A stretch of 64,000 nucleotides of DNA from Ascoidea asiatica JCM 7603 (Eukaryota; Fungi; Ascomycota): assembly GCA_001600695.1 (NCBI GenBank), contig BCKQ01000003.1:1890392-1954391 (forward strand). Reading direction: 5' to 3'. The number at the start of each line of letters is the position of its first letter. The first letter of the stretch is position 1. Below the pieces are notes generated by a model. It had not been told where the DNA came from and made no database searches. It saw only the letters and a program-made list of their open reading frames with translations. The position numbers and the translations under genes are program-made. Below are positions 1 to 10,735 of the stretch, one piece after another.

Positions 1-203
1 TGAATGTTCTGTATGATAAGTGTATATTGAAAATATTTGCCCAGTATTGTTCAAATGATGACACCAGTAGAGCAATGGAAATTATAAAAGAAATAAAAGA
101 GGATAAAGGATTAATTGCAGCTAGTAGAATCGCTGAGAGAATGGAATTGAGTAGCATTTCTAATAAAATTGCGGAAGAAAGAGAAAGAAGAATGTTATTT
201 TGA
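1..203 (+). CDS. CTF4: 3' end of Ctf4/Mcl1/AND-1 replisome factor (partial; gene starts before window)
   Basis: Frame from nt 3 reads NVLYDKCILKIFAQYCSNDDTSRAMEIIKEIKEDKGLIAASRIAERMELSSISNKIAEERERRMLF*, matching the Ctf4 C-terminal helical domain (YDKALLRLFASACS...ALTAAVKISERAEL); TGA at 201-203. Not in the ORF track. Confidence 0.85.
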   Translation, partial: NVLYDKCILKIFAQYCSNDDTSRAMEIIKEIKEDKGLIAASRIAERMELSSISNKIAEERERRMLF

Positions 204-213
204 TTCAAAAGAG

Positions 214-897
214 TTAATTCATATGAAATCCGGTAAAATTTTGAATAACATCTTCAATTTTTTTTTCTTGATTATTATCTTTGGACCTATATATTAGTTC
301 ATTTTTAGTAATATTAGATAAATCTTCGTAATCATTTTCAAATTCTGCTTTAATTGTAAAAGCTTTTCTTAAATCAAATTTAATTATATTCTCATTGTTA
401 GTGCATTGATAGTTTTTAGAATTTAAAAAATAAAAGGGAGAGTCTCTTGTTGCGTTAGAGAACTGAATATGATTTCCATTTGTTATTAATTTTGGCTTTA
501 ATTCATTTATTAGAAAACTATTTTCATCAAACTGCTGTTTTTCATCATTCTTGATTTTTATAAAGAGTTTTGAATATTCAATCAATCTAGGCATACCTTT
601 GAGATTTTTTAAAGTTTTCACTAGCTCCTTCTTTTCGTTTTCTATTATTTTTTCATCATAATTAGAACTTTTGTTTTGCAAATTTGGCAATAGATTATAT
701 ATTAACAAAAAGGAAGTATTTTTTATATCTGCATTATTTGAAAACATTTGCTGAAAACATAATAGGTGACCAAATTTTGTAAGACTTTTATAAATGTAAT
801 CTGTCTCTTGTATAAGAGAAGGTGAAATATTAAATCGTAATCTACATATAACTGATGATTTTAAATAATTCTTTAATAAATTTTGATAACCAATCAT
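214..897 (-). CDS. Hypothetical protein, 227 aa (possibly mitochondrial)
   Basis: ATG-initiated 227-codon ORF in very AT-rich DNA, basic N-terminus; no family recognised. Confidence 0.6.
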   Translation of the reverse strand: MIGYQNLLKNYLKSSVICRLRFNISPSLIQETDYIYKSLTKFGHLLCFQQMFSNNADIKNTSFLLIYNLLPNLQNKSSNYDEKIIENEKKELVKTLKNLKGMPRLIEYSKLFIKIKNDEKQQFDENSFLINELKPKLITNGNHIQFSNATRDSPFYFLNSKNYQCTNNENIIKFDLRKAFTIKAEFENDYEDLSNITKNELIYRSKDNNQEKKIEDVIQNFTGFHMN

Positions 898-1255
898 TAT
901 ATATATATATTAAAAAAGTATTGATTTGAAGTTATTTTTTAGCAATTTTTAAGGATTTTGTTATCTGTTTCTAATTTAAAGCTAAACCGAGATTTCAATT
1001 GTGAAAAGTGCATTAACTTTATTGAAATCAGTATTTACTTATGAAGTTTCTGAGATTATGGAGATTACAATTTTTAACCATACGAATTAGGTTAACACGG
1101 TGATGATATTAAATTTTATTTGAAAAGCACTGAGCTTACAATAAAAATTATAATTATTTAAGGTATCTGATCAAAATAGCAAAACATATTGAAACATACC
1201 TATTTTTATAATAATCAAAAGTACAATTCTCTCTACTAATACAATTAGTTTATCG

Positions 1256-2218
1256 ATGGAAAAAGTTGTGGAAAATTCAGATTCTTTGTTTGAGATATAT
1301 TTGCCGGAAGACTACAAGGAACAAAATATAAATTTGATAGACTTAATTGGTGTATTTTCAAGAACAATCAAAAGTAAAACGAATTTTCATTCGCTATTGA
1401 TTTTAAATCAAAAAATTGAATTAAGTTTTGAAATTTTTAAAAGTTTATGGGAAAAAACATCATTTCATGTTTGTGCTGATGGGGGAGCTAATCGATTACT
1501 CGAATATTTGAAAACTTTCAACAAAGAAAATACATTCATTCCTAATTATATCATTGGAGATTTGGATTCCATAACTTTATCAACCTCAAAATTTTACTGT
1601 AACAAAGGTGTGAATATAATAAAACAAACTACCGAATGGGCGCCAGATATTTTAAAAGCAATAAACTTATGCGAGTTAAGATTTCATGGCTTTTTGAATG
1701 ATAATAAGTTTTTGGTACATTTGAATGAAATTGATGGAATCATAAAGATGAGAAATAAGAAAATAACAAGTAAAGTTATAGAAAGATCAAAAAATTTTAA
1801 TATGTTTTTATTGTGTGGAATTGGAGGTAGATTTGATCAAACAATGCAAACCATATCTCAAGTCTATAAGCAGTATTCTGAATTTGGAAACGAAATCATC
1901 TTGTTCAATGAAGATGATGTTATGTTGCTAATTCCAAAAGGAACAACTTATATCAAATATTCAGACTATTTAAAAAGTGATTTTAGATTCTCTGGTTTCA
2001 ATTCAAACAGTCGAACCCTTTTTGGACCAAATTGTGGATTATTGCCGATTTTTAAGCCTATAACAATAAAGGAAACCAGGGGATTGAAGTGGGATGTAAG
2101 AAACTATGAAACGTCGTGTGCAACAAAAATAAGCAGCAGCAATGCTCTTTTAGCAAAGAACTTTGTAGTTTTGAACACAGACGAAGAGTTCATGATGAAC
2201 ATTGAATACTTTAAATAA
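1256..2218 (+). CDS. THI80: Thiamine pyrophosphokinase
   Basis: LLILNQ, VCADGGANRL, IIGDLDS, GIGGRFDQ, GPNCGLLP, GLKWDV, SSSN motifs. Confidence 0.95.
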   Translation: MEKVVENSDSLFEIYLPEDYKEQNINLIDLIGVFSRTIKSKTNFHSLLILNQKIELSFEIFKSLWEKTSFHVCADGGANRLLEYLKTFNKENTFIPNYIIGDLDSITLSTSKFYCNKGVNIIKQTTEWAPDILKAINLCELRFHGFLNDNKFLVHLNEIDGIIKMRNKKITSKVIERSKNFNMFLLCGIGGRFDQTMQTISQVYKQYSEFGNEIILFNEDDVMLLIPKGTTYIKYSDYLKSDFRFSGFNSNSRTLFGPNCGLLPIFKPITIKETRGLKWDVRNYETSCATKISSSNALLAKNFVVLNTDEEFMMNIEYFK

Positions 2219-2611
2219 ATATTTTTGCAAACTTTCAAACTTTCAAAACTTTCAAAAAGCACTTTTCCCAGCACTAAGCAGATCAAACTCGAAAGAAAAA
2301 AATAAAAAATAAAATGCACGTGTAGTTACATAATACTAATAGAACAGCCTAAATATTAGTGGCAAAAGTGTGGCGTATTGTGCGCGTGATCTAGGTTCCA
2401 TTTTCGAAAACTGAAAAATATTTGAATTAATGCTAAAATAACACTAATGGTTGATGGTTAATGGTTAATAAGGATTAATTGTTACAATCAATTCATAAGA
2501 GTAGACTCGTCTTCAAGAAAAACTTAATGAAGATAATTATAATATTCATATAATATAAAAGAAAGTGAAAGCGCATCATTAGCTAAAGCATAAAAGGTCA
2601 TATATATTAAA

Positions 2612-3499
2612 ATGTCATTTGCTTTAATCAAATTTTCGAATCCCAAATTTATCCAAACTTGCACTAATCAACTTTTGCGAAGCTCAAATCGTCTTAATTC
2701 AACGCTTTCAGATAAATCCCAGAAAGATGTTTCTTTGGATTCTTTAAGTTCTTCTGAGAAATCGAGTGTTTCTGATGTTGAAATCAAAAATGTAACCGAT
2801 ATAAAAAAGTTTGATTTTGAAAATTTCAAAGCAAGGGAAGACTTTAATATGGAAAGAGAAGTAGATGAATGGTTAGATGCTATAAAGGATTTAAGGACGA
2901 AATTCTCAGATCCAAACAAACCTTTTAATCCAGAAACTTCATTAAATAATTCTTTATCTAAAACTTTTCAAAATGAGGAAAACACATTAAAGCATTCTGT
3001 TATAATAAATAATTCTAGATTTACACCAAATGAAGCTCAATTAAAAGAATACGAGGAAATTAATGGTTTAGAATTACCTAAGCTAAATGATGATGTTATT
3101 GAACATTGTACAAATTTAATAATGAAGCATGGAAAAAAACAAACCGCTCAAAAACTATTTTCCAGAGCTTTATATCTTATCAAAATTCAATTAAGAAAAG
3201 ATCCTGTTGAAGTTTTAAAAGACGTTCTAGAAAAATTGGCTCCATTAATGACAACAAAATCTTTCAAAAATGGTACTGCTAAATCTACTGTTTTGCCAAT
3301 ACCATTAACTACAAGACAAAGAAGAAGAACTGCTTTTTTTTGGTTACTTGAAGGTTCTGATAAAAGAAACTCAAGGGATTTTTCTGTAAGGTTAGCCGAT
3401 GAAATCATAAGTGCACATGAAGGAAAATCTTCTGGTTTCCAAAGAAGAGTTGAATTACATAAACAAGCAATGGCAAATAGAGCTTATTTAAGACTTTAA
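2612..3499 (+). CDS. RSM7: Mitochondrial ribosomal protein uS7m
   Basis: TNLIMKHGKKQTAQK, PIPLTTRQRRRTAFFW, RLADEII, ELHKQAMANRAY S7 motifs; presequence-like N-terminus. Confidence 0.95.
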   Translation: MSFALIKFSNPKFIQTCTNQLLRSSNRLNSTLSDKSQKDVSLDSLSSSEKSSVSDVEIKNVTDIKKFDFENFKAREDFNMEREVDEWLDAIKDLRTKFSDPNKPFNPETSLNNSLSKTFQNEENTLKHSVIINNSRFTPNEAQLKEYEEINGLELPKLNDDVIEHCTNLIMKHGKKQTAQKLFSRALYLIKIQLRKDPVEVLKDVLEKLAPLMTTKSFKNGTAKSTVLPIPLTTRQRRRTAFFWLLEGSDKRNSRDFSVRLADEIISAHEGKSSGFQRRVELHKQAMANRAYLRL

Positions 3500-3973
3500 G
3501 CTTATTTTAGATTATTGCTTGACTTTTTATTCGAATTAGTATAGAGACTATATATAATGGTTACTGCACCTTGTAAATATAAAATTTAGATATAATACAT
3601 CATAGAATATAATCTATAATCTGTAATCTATATTACATATATACTTTGAGAATAGTTTTTCTACTTTCAAATTTTTGAAAATAAAGCAATTAACATTTAC
3701 AAAAATCGGGCCTAAAATATTAGTATTCCAATTTCTGTTAGGGAACAAACTTTCTTCAAATTAGCTTGATAAGAAAATAAATGCAGTTGAATAAAACCGA
3801 ACATTAATGAATTTAGAAGATCTAAAAATTAATAAATTAAAAGCTTTCAAATTTTATACTTCAAATATTGATCAAATATGGCCAAGATAATAATGTTAAA
3901 GTATCGAATAAGAAATAAAAGTGTATTTGAAACTGTATAAATAGTTTAACAAAGAGAACAACGAAAAATATTT

Positions 3974-6352
3974 TTAGTAAAAAGGTTTTAAATTATTTAT
4001 AAAACAACCTGGCATATCTTTTTTCCTCTCCACTAATTCACCAATTTTGTAAATGGTTTCACCTTGAGCTTCTAATAATTCAGTGACTTCTTTAACTTTA
4101 TCTTTTTCAACTATTGCAACCATACCAATTCCTAAATTGAGAGTTTTAAATATATCATCAAGTGGAATATTTCCAGCTTTACCAAACCATTTGAATATCT
4201 CTTGAATTTCCCAAGTACCAAACTCAATTTTAGCTGATAGTGTTTTAGGTAAGGCTCTAGGAATGTTTTCAATTAATCCACCACCGGTTATATTAGCCAA
4301 TCCTAACAATATCTGTTTTCTTACTAAAGGCAAAAGTTGTTTAACATATATTCTAGTTGGTACTAAACAACTTTCACCAATAGTTTTATTTGGATTCCAT
4401 GGAGCTTCATCAAACCAGCTTAATCCTTTGACTTTTAAAACTTTTCTAACTAAAGAAAATCCATTAGAATGTAATCCATTTGATGCAATCCCTAAAATAA
4501 TATTTCCTTGTTCCATTAAATTTTTCTTTGGTAATATTTGATTTTTAATGACAGCTCCAACAGCAGTTCCATTTGTATCGTAATGTCCAGGTTCATACAT
4601 ACCTGGCATTTCTGAAGTTTCTCCACCAACTAAAGCACATCCAGATAAAAGACACCCATCAGCAACACCTTTAACAAAATCTATTGCAATGTCAATCTCA
4701 AGTTTTCCGGTAGCGAAATAATCTAAAAATAAAAGTGATTCGGCACCTTGAACAATCAAGTCATTAACATTCATTGCAACTAAATCAATTCCAACGGTAT
4801 CATGAACATTCATTTCTTGGGCAATTATTAATTTAGTTCCAACCCCATCAGTTGCAGCAACCAATAATGAGTCAGAATTATCATAACCTGCTGCCTTAAG
4901 GTCAAATAAACCACCAAAACCACCAATATCAGAATCCGCACCAGCTCTTTTAGTAGATTTAACTAAGGATTTTATTCTTTCAACTAAAAAGTTACCATTG
5001 TCAACAGAAACTCCAGAATTAGAATAAGTGATTGATTCCGAATTTGTGGAATTTGATTGACGAAAAGCTCTATGAGCAATATCTGTTCTAAAATATTTTC
5101 CATTGAATTTAACGCAATCAACACTCTGATATGCTTTGGTAACAGCTTCTTTCAAAGAAGAAGCGATTGATGTTGCAGCAATGACTCTGCCACCATTTGT
5201 TACAATTTTTTCATTAACGAATTTTGTGCCTGCGTGAAATATAAAAGAGTCATTTGGTAAATTATTAAAATCAATTGATATTTCATCACCTTTTTTATAA
5301 GTTTCAGGATAACCTTTCGCAGCCATAACTACAGTTGTTGAAAAAGTATTTTTTCTTATTTTGAAATTGACAGAATCTAATCTATGCTCAGCACATGCAA
5401 GACAAATTTGAGCTAAATCAGAGTCATCGGATAATAAAGGTAATACAGTTTGAGTTTCGGGATCCCCAAATCTAACATTATATTCAAGAACTTTTGGACC
5501 TGAATTAGTTAACATTATACCGGTAAAAAGTATACCAACAAATGGGAAACCATCTTTTCTCATTCCATCAATTGACGGTTGTAAAATATATTTTCTAATT
5601 TTGATTAATAAATCGTCTGTTGCAATAGGAGCTGGAGCATATGCACCCATTCCTCCTGTATTTAAACCAGTATCATTATTTCCAACTCTTTTATGATCTT
5701 GAGCTGGAGGTAAATCATAAGTAGTATAACCATCGGAAAAAGATAAAATTGAAAGTTCATCACCTTCAAGAAATTCTTCAATAACAACTTCATCCCCAGC
5801 TTTTCCAAAAGCATGATCGACCATAATCTCTTTTAAAGCATCTAAAGCTTCAGTTTTATTTTGTGGAATTAAAACACCTTTTCCTGCAGCAATTCCAGAA
5901 GCCTTGATTACAACATTATGATCAATTGAATTTATATAATCTTTAGCCTTTTCATAATTATTAAAATTTTGAAATTCAGCGGTTGGAATATTATGTCTTT
6001 TCATGAAATCTTTTGAAAAAGTTTTTGAACCTTCCATTTTTGCAGCCTTTTCAGAAGGGCCAAAAACTGGAATTCCATGTTTTTGAAAAATAGAAGAGAT
6101 TCCATCAACTAAAGGTTGTTCTGGGCCTGGAATAACTAAATTTATATCATTTTTTAAAGCAAAATCCAATAGTTTCGAAAAATCAGTTTTATTTGTACCA
6201 ATTGGAATATTTGTAATTTTAGAATTTCCTAAAATTTGATTTGCATTTCCTGGAGCAATATAAATATTTTCAACAGAAGGAGATTTATTTAAAAAAAATG
6301 AAAGAGCAGATTCACGGCCTCCATTACCAAGCAATAAAATATTCAAAGACAT
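3974..6352 (-). CDS. ADE5,7: Bifunctional GAR synthetase / AIR synthetase
   Basis: LGNGGRE, GPEQPLVDG, QDHKR, NTGGMGAY, EYNVRFGDPETQ (GARS); DGVGTK, GGETSEMPG, GLHSNGFSL (AIRS). First ATG at 6352 (ORF-track start 6370 is GTG). Confidence 0.97.
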   Translation of the reverse strand: MSLNILLLGNGGRESALSFFLNKSPSVENIYIAPGNANQILGNSKITNIPIGTNKTDFSKLLDFALKNDINLVIPGPEQPLVDGISSIFQKHGIPVFGPSEKAAKMEGSKTFSKDFMKRHNIPTAEFQNFNNYEKAKDYINSIDHNVVIKASGIAAGKGVLIPQNKTEALDALKEIMVDHAFGKAGDEVVIEEFLEGDELSILSFSDGYTTYDLPPAQDHKRVGNNDTGLNTGGMGAYAPAPIATDDLLIKIRKYILQPSIDGMRKDGFPFVGILFTGIMLTNSGPKVLEYNVRFGDPETQTVLPLLSDDSDLAQICLACAEHRLDSVNFKIRKNTFSTTVVMAAKGYPETYKKGDEISIDFNNLPNDSFIFHAGTKFVNEKIVTNGGRVIAATSIASSLKEAVTKAYQSVDCVKFNGKYFRTDIAHRAFRQSNSTNSESITYSNSGVSVDNGNFLVERIKSLVKSTKRAGADSDIGGFGGLFDLKAAGYDNSDSLLVAATDGVGTKLIIAQEMNVHDTVGIDLVAMNVNDLIVQGAESLLFLDYFATGKLEIDIAIDFVKGVADGCLLSGCALVGGETSEMPGMYEPGHYDTNGTAVGAVIKNQILPKKNLMEQGNIILGIASNGLHSNGFSLVRKVLKVKGLSWFDEAPWNPNKTIGESCLVPTRIYVKQLLPLVRKQILLGLANITGGGLIENIPRALPKTLSAKIEFGTWEIQEIFKWFGKAGNIPLDDIFKTLNLGIGMVAIVEKDKVKEVTELLEAQGETIYKIGELVERKKDMPGCFINNLKPFY

Positions 6353-6515
6353 ATTTTTTGTGAATAACACTAACTTTGATATTTTATGAATAGAATTTTA
6401 AAATTATAATAAGGTCTTTTGAACCAGGTTAAATCAATAAAAACCAAATAAAATAAACATTTTCAAAAAGCTATCCAAAGAAATTACCAAAAAAAAAACT
6501 TTCAAGTTGAAAAAC

Positions 6516-6523
6516 ATGACTCT
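6516..6523. promoter_or_regulatory. TGACTC Bas1/Gcn4-type site upstream of ADE5,7
   Basis: ATGACTCT about 165 bp upstream of the ADE5,7 ATG; TGACTC is the known Bas1/Gcn4 element of yeast ADE genes. Confidence 0.5.
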
Positions 6524-7534
6524 CGACTTTTTATATCGAATTAAAATTTTTTCTAATTTTACGATGAGCATTGATTGGCTTTATTCGAAGTCTAAAAGGG
6601 AAATAATGTCAGAGGACAAAAACCGACCAAACTATTTTCAACATCCATAATAAAAAAAACAACAGCCGGTAAAGGTACCATAAGTTTGGCGACAAGGCGG
6701 AAAGTTTACAAATTGGTTTTCGGTGGTTTTTGTGTGTTTGAGCCGATGCAGTCCCAGCTCTCCGGGGTGTCGAAATTGCAGTCAGAGCTGTTCCTGTTTT
6801 CCAGGTCAAGAAGATGGAGACATCACAAAGTACGAGACTATGGAGAAAATGTCATTTATTATTTGTGTGTTTCGTTTATTGTTTATTTTTAATGCTTATT
6901 TCTTTGATATTTCTTTATTAACTTTGTATAATCTATTTTATTTATTTTTTTTTGAATAAATGTTTCTGATGCTTACCAATCAAAATGTTAGAACTTTGAA
7001 TTAGTATTACGAGAGTATTAGAATCAGAGACACTGTTTGGTAGAGAAATACTAAATTAGGCAGGGAATTTAGGTTTTTTAGGATGTATTTCATATTATTT
7101 GATAATTGATGATTGATAAGTAATAAGTGATAATTAATGAATTATCCGAGTATTGGATCTTAGTCACAGTTGCCTAAAAAAATAATAATTTAATTTTAAT
7201 ATTATACAGTAGTAGTACAGTATGAATTTGAAAATGTAGAAAATATATATATATCTTCTTATCTTGAATCTTGGGAATATAGATTTAAGAGAAAGAGTTA
7301 TTTTCTATTATATAACAAATAGAATGGCTTCTTTATTGACATTTTTTCTCTATCAAAAGTAAAAATTAAAAAAATAAGAGATTAATCATTTTTGAAAAAG
7401 ATATGTCTTTTTTATGAACTTTCCTGAACATTCGATTAAATTGCTTTACAAATTATTCTTTGAATTTTTGATATTTTTAACTTTTCAATATTTTGCTTAT
7501 ATTCTTTTTTTTTTTCAATTTTAAAACATAAAAA

Positions 7535-9376
7535 ATGCCCTTATCTAAAAATAATATAGATCAAGATCAAGATGATGGAGATGCAAATAAACTACTTTAT
7601 GGTATAGAAGCACTTAAATCAAATTCAAAAAAAGTAGAAGATTCAAAACTTTTTTTAAGTTCCGAGAAAAATATAGAAACTAAAACAATCTCAAGTTATA
7701 AAAGTATTATTATAAGTAATAATGATAATAATAATAATTATAATAATAATAATTGTAATAATGGAACTAGTGGAAATTTCAGTCCCAATCTCAATCCCAA
7801 TTCCAATTCTAATGATAAAATTAATAACAATGAACAAATATTTACACTTATAAATGAAGATGATTCATTTGATCCACCACCAGATGGTGGATATGGATGG
7901 ATTTGTGCAATTTGTGTTTTTTTAATAAATCTTAGTGCATGGGGAGGTAATAATGCATTTGGATCATTTTTAAATCATTATTTAACAACAGATTTTTTTC
8001 CAGGAGCAACAAAAATTGATTTTGCATTAATTGGAACAATTGGAGTTTCATTATCAATGTTTTTAGCACCATTTGTTTTAATTTTAAATGATTATTTAAA
8101 TATTCAAATAGTTTGTTTAATTGGAACAATATTTCAAACAGGAGCATATATTGGAGCATCATATTCAAATAAAATTTATCAATTATATTTAAGTCAAGGA
8201 GTTTTATTAGGAATTTCATATGCATTTTTATTAAGTCCAGCATCAATTGTTTTACCAACATGGTTTCTTAAAAAAAGATCATTAGCATTTAGTATTGGAG
8301 TTTCAGGTACTGGAGTTGGTGGAACAATATTTAATATTAGTGCGCAAAGATTAATTAATAAAACAGGAGATCAAAAATGGGCATTAAGAATGATTGGAAT
8401 TGTTACTGGAGTTTTATGTTTAATTTCATCATTTTTAATTAAAACTAGAAAAAGTAAAATTGAATATGAAACTTTATCAGTACCTGTATCATTGGAAGTA
8501 AATGGAAATGAAAATAATGAAATTGATGATGAAATTGAAGTTGAAAATGAAATTATTGAAGTTGAAGTTGAAATTGGATCGGTGAATAAGAATAAGAATA
8601 AGAATATGAATGATATTAAGTATAAGAATAAAAATAAAGTTAGGAATAAGAATAAAAAATCAATCAAAGAATCATTTTCTAAAATTATTGATTTTAAAAT
8701 TTGGAAAAATTTTCATTTATTTTTAATTTCAATTTGGTTTTCATTTGCAGGATGTTTAGGATATGTTGTAATAAATTTTTCACTTTCAAATTATTGTACA
8801 TCAATTGGATTAAGTCCATATAAAGCATCAATAACAGTTGCAATATTTGATGGAGGACAAATTATTGGTAGACCATTAATTGGATATTTATCAGATAAAT
8901 ATGGTAGATTAAATATTTCAATAATTTTTTGTTTATTATCATCATTTTTAATATTTGTATTTTGGATACCATCAAATACATATTCATCAATAATTGGATT
9001 TGGATTTATTAGTGGATTAATTGTTTCAATACCATGGACATCATATGTACCATTAGCATCAGATATTGTTGGATCTAAGAATTTTCCATCAGCATTTAGT
9101 TTTTTAAATATAGTTGGAGGATGTTTTGCATTAATCACAGAAATTATAGCCTTAGAAATGAGAGATTATTCAATTAAAAGACCATTTATTTGGTGTCAAA
9201 TATATATTGGATTAATTTATTTTATTAGTATATTTTTTTTAATTCCTGTTAGAGAATTTAAAATTAAAAAATTATTAAATTCAAGAATTCAATCAAATGA
9301 TGAAAATGAAAATGAAATTTTAAAAAAAGGATTTAAAAATTATTTAAAAAGATCAATTTATAAAGCTTTTGTATAA
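7535..9376 (+). CDS. MFS monocarboxylate-porter family transporter (Mch2/Esbp6-like)
   Basis: PPPDGGYGW motif, WFLKKRSLA, GRPLIGYLSDKYGRLN, about 12 hydrophobic segments. Confidence 0.9.
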   Translation: MPLSKNNIDQDQDDGDANKLLYGIEALKSNSKKVEDSKLFLSSEKNIETKTISSYKSIIISNNDNNNNYNNNNCNNGTSGNFSPNLNPNSNSNDKINNNEQIFTLINEDDSFDPPPDGGYGWICAICVFLINLSAWGGNNAFGSFLNHYLTTDFFPGATKIDFALIGTIGVSLSMFLAPFVLILNDYLNIQIVCLIGTIFQTGAYIGASYSNKIYQLYLSQGVLLGISYAFLLSPASIVLPTWFLKKRSLAFSIGVSGTGVGGTIFNISAQRLINKTGDQKWALRMIGIVTGVLCLISSFLIKTRKSKIEYETLSVPVSLEVNGNENNEIDDEIEVENEIIEVEVEIGSVNKNKNKNMNDIKYKNKNKVRNKNKKSIKESFSKIIDFKIWKNFHLFLISIWFSFAGCLGYVVINFSLSNYCTSIGLSPYKASITVAIFDGGQIIGRPLIGYLSDKYGRLNISIIFCLLSSFLIFVFWIPSNTYSSIIGFGFISGLIVSIPWTSYVPLASDIVGSKNFPSAFSFLNIVGGCFALITEIIALEMRDYSIKRPFIWCQIYIGLIYFISIFFLIPVREFKIKKLLNSRIQSNDENENEILKKGFKNYLKRSIYKAFV

Positions 9377-9759
9377 TAAAATAAATAATATTCAATTATT
9401 TGATTTTAAAATATATTAAAATAAGGTTAAAAGAAGGTTAAGTACGGTAAGATAAGCCTTTGTAAAATAAAATTATTTGGTAAGTTAAGGGAAAAGGATT
9501 GGATAAAGGTATAATCTAGAATAATAGGGGAAACTATCATATTTTTAAATACATAATTTTTTTACTTTGATTGTCATTTTTTTCTATCTTTTTGCTTTTT
9601 TCTCTCTTTCTATTTATTTTTTTTCATAATAATTTTAAATTTTACTTGTTGTTTTTAAGAATTAAATTTGTTACAAATTACATAAGAATTCATTGTTTAA
9701 TAAATAGCTTTAAAGGGTTTTATTAAGCAAAGGGGAATTTTATCAAGAAACAGCCGTGC

Positions 9760-10230
9760 AAAAATGTCTCAGCATGAAAAACCAGATTACGTAATAGGTA
9801 AACAAAGCAACCCCCTGAGATGGGACAGGAGCCAATATAGGACTAGGACAGCGCGAAACTGCGACAGAATCAGAGAGTGACTGCGACTGGAACAACGAGA
9901 AAGAGACTGGAACAGTGGCACCACACCACTGGAGGCTCGGACTCAGCGGGGCCGTCGAGCTCGGCGGGGCGAGTGCCGCAGCGAAGAAGGCTCGATCGGT
10001 CGCAGGTGGCCCAGTCACAAGACGCCACTGCCCTTCGAGAGCGCGGAAGACGGATCCCACACGGCGGATGGGCTGCTGCGAAGGGAGGGCAAGCCATTCG
10101 AAAGCCACAATGAGAAGCCACAGGTAGCTGTTTGGCAGGTTAGCAGTGCACTCGCCATCTAAGGTTCTTCAGTCCACCCCATCGCCATCGTGTGTCTGTC
10201 TGGGTCTTTTTCTTTGGTCTTCAGCCCAGA
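9760..10230. promoter_or_regulatory. GC-rich island upstream of NMA1
   Basis: Sharply GC-rich block (CGG triplets, CGCGAAA, GACTGGAACA x2) inside very AT-rich DNA; overlapping short ORFs have no recognisable content. Confidence 0.5.
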
Positions 10231-10735
10231 CCAAGATGATGATTTCTGCTGCTTTGTGATTTAGTCAATTTAAATGAAGTTTTGAACTCTTGATCCAACT
10301 AGTTTCCTATTTATTGCTCAAATTTTACCAAAATTTGATTTTTTTTTCATCAATTGATATTTTCATTTCTTTCATTTCTTGTCTATTTGGTTTTATCTAT
10401 TATACATTTTTTTAAAATATACAAATATTTGATAAAAAATATTCAAAAAAAATATATTTTTATATTTAATATCTTATATTTTCTCGATATTTCTTTAGAT
10501 CTCATTGATTTAGTTCTTTAAATTAATTTATTATTTTCAAGAAAAAATCTCATTTCACAAAATAATTAAAAATAAACATATACATAAAAAATATAGATCA
10601 TTAATCAAAAAAATAAAAAAAAAAAACACATTAAAACAGCCATTTCATAGGAAAAAAAAAAAAAAAAAAAAAATCGAGTAGATTCTCATATAGTAAATTA
10701 TAAATAAACCAAGAAAAAAATTAAAATTTTCAAAA

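Noticed and set aside
6609-6959. Short ORFs between ADE5,7 and the MCH gene
   Set aside because: Mostly non-ATG starts, no homology, lie in a promoter island.
9743-10127. Four overlapping 70-121 aa ORFs on both strands
   Set aside because: Expected from low stop-codon density in a GC island; no homology, codon usage unlike real genes here.
10230-10735. Upstream exon restoring the usual Nma1 N-terminus
   Set aside because: No ATG-bearing homologous exon or splice signals found; the short N-terminus is accepted.
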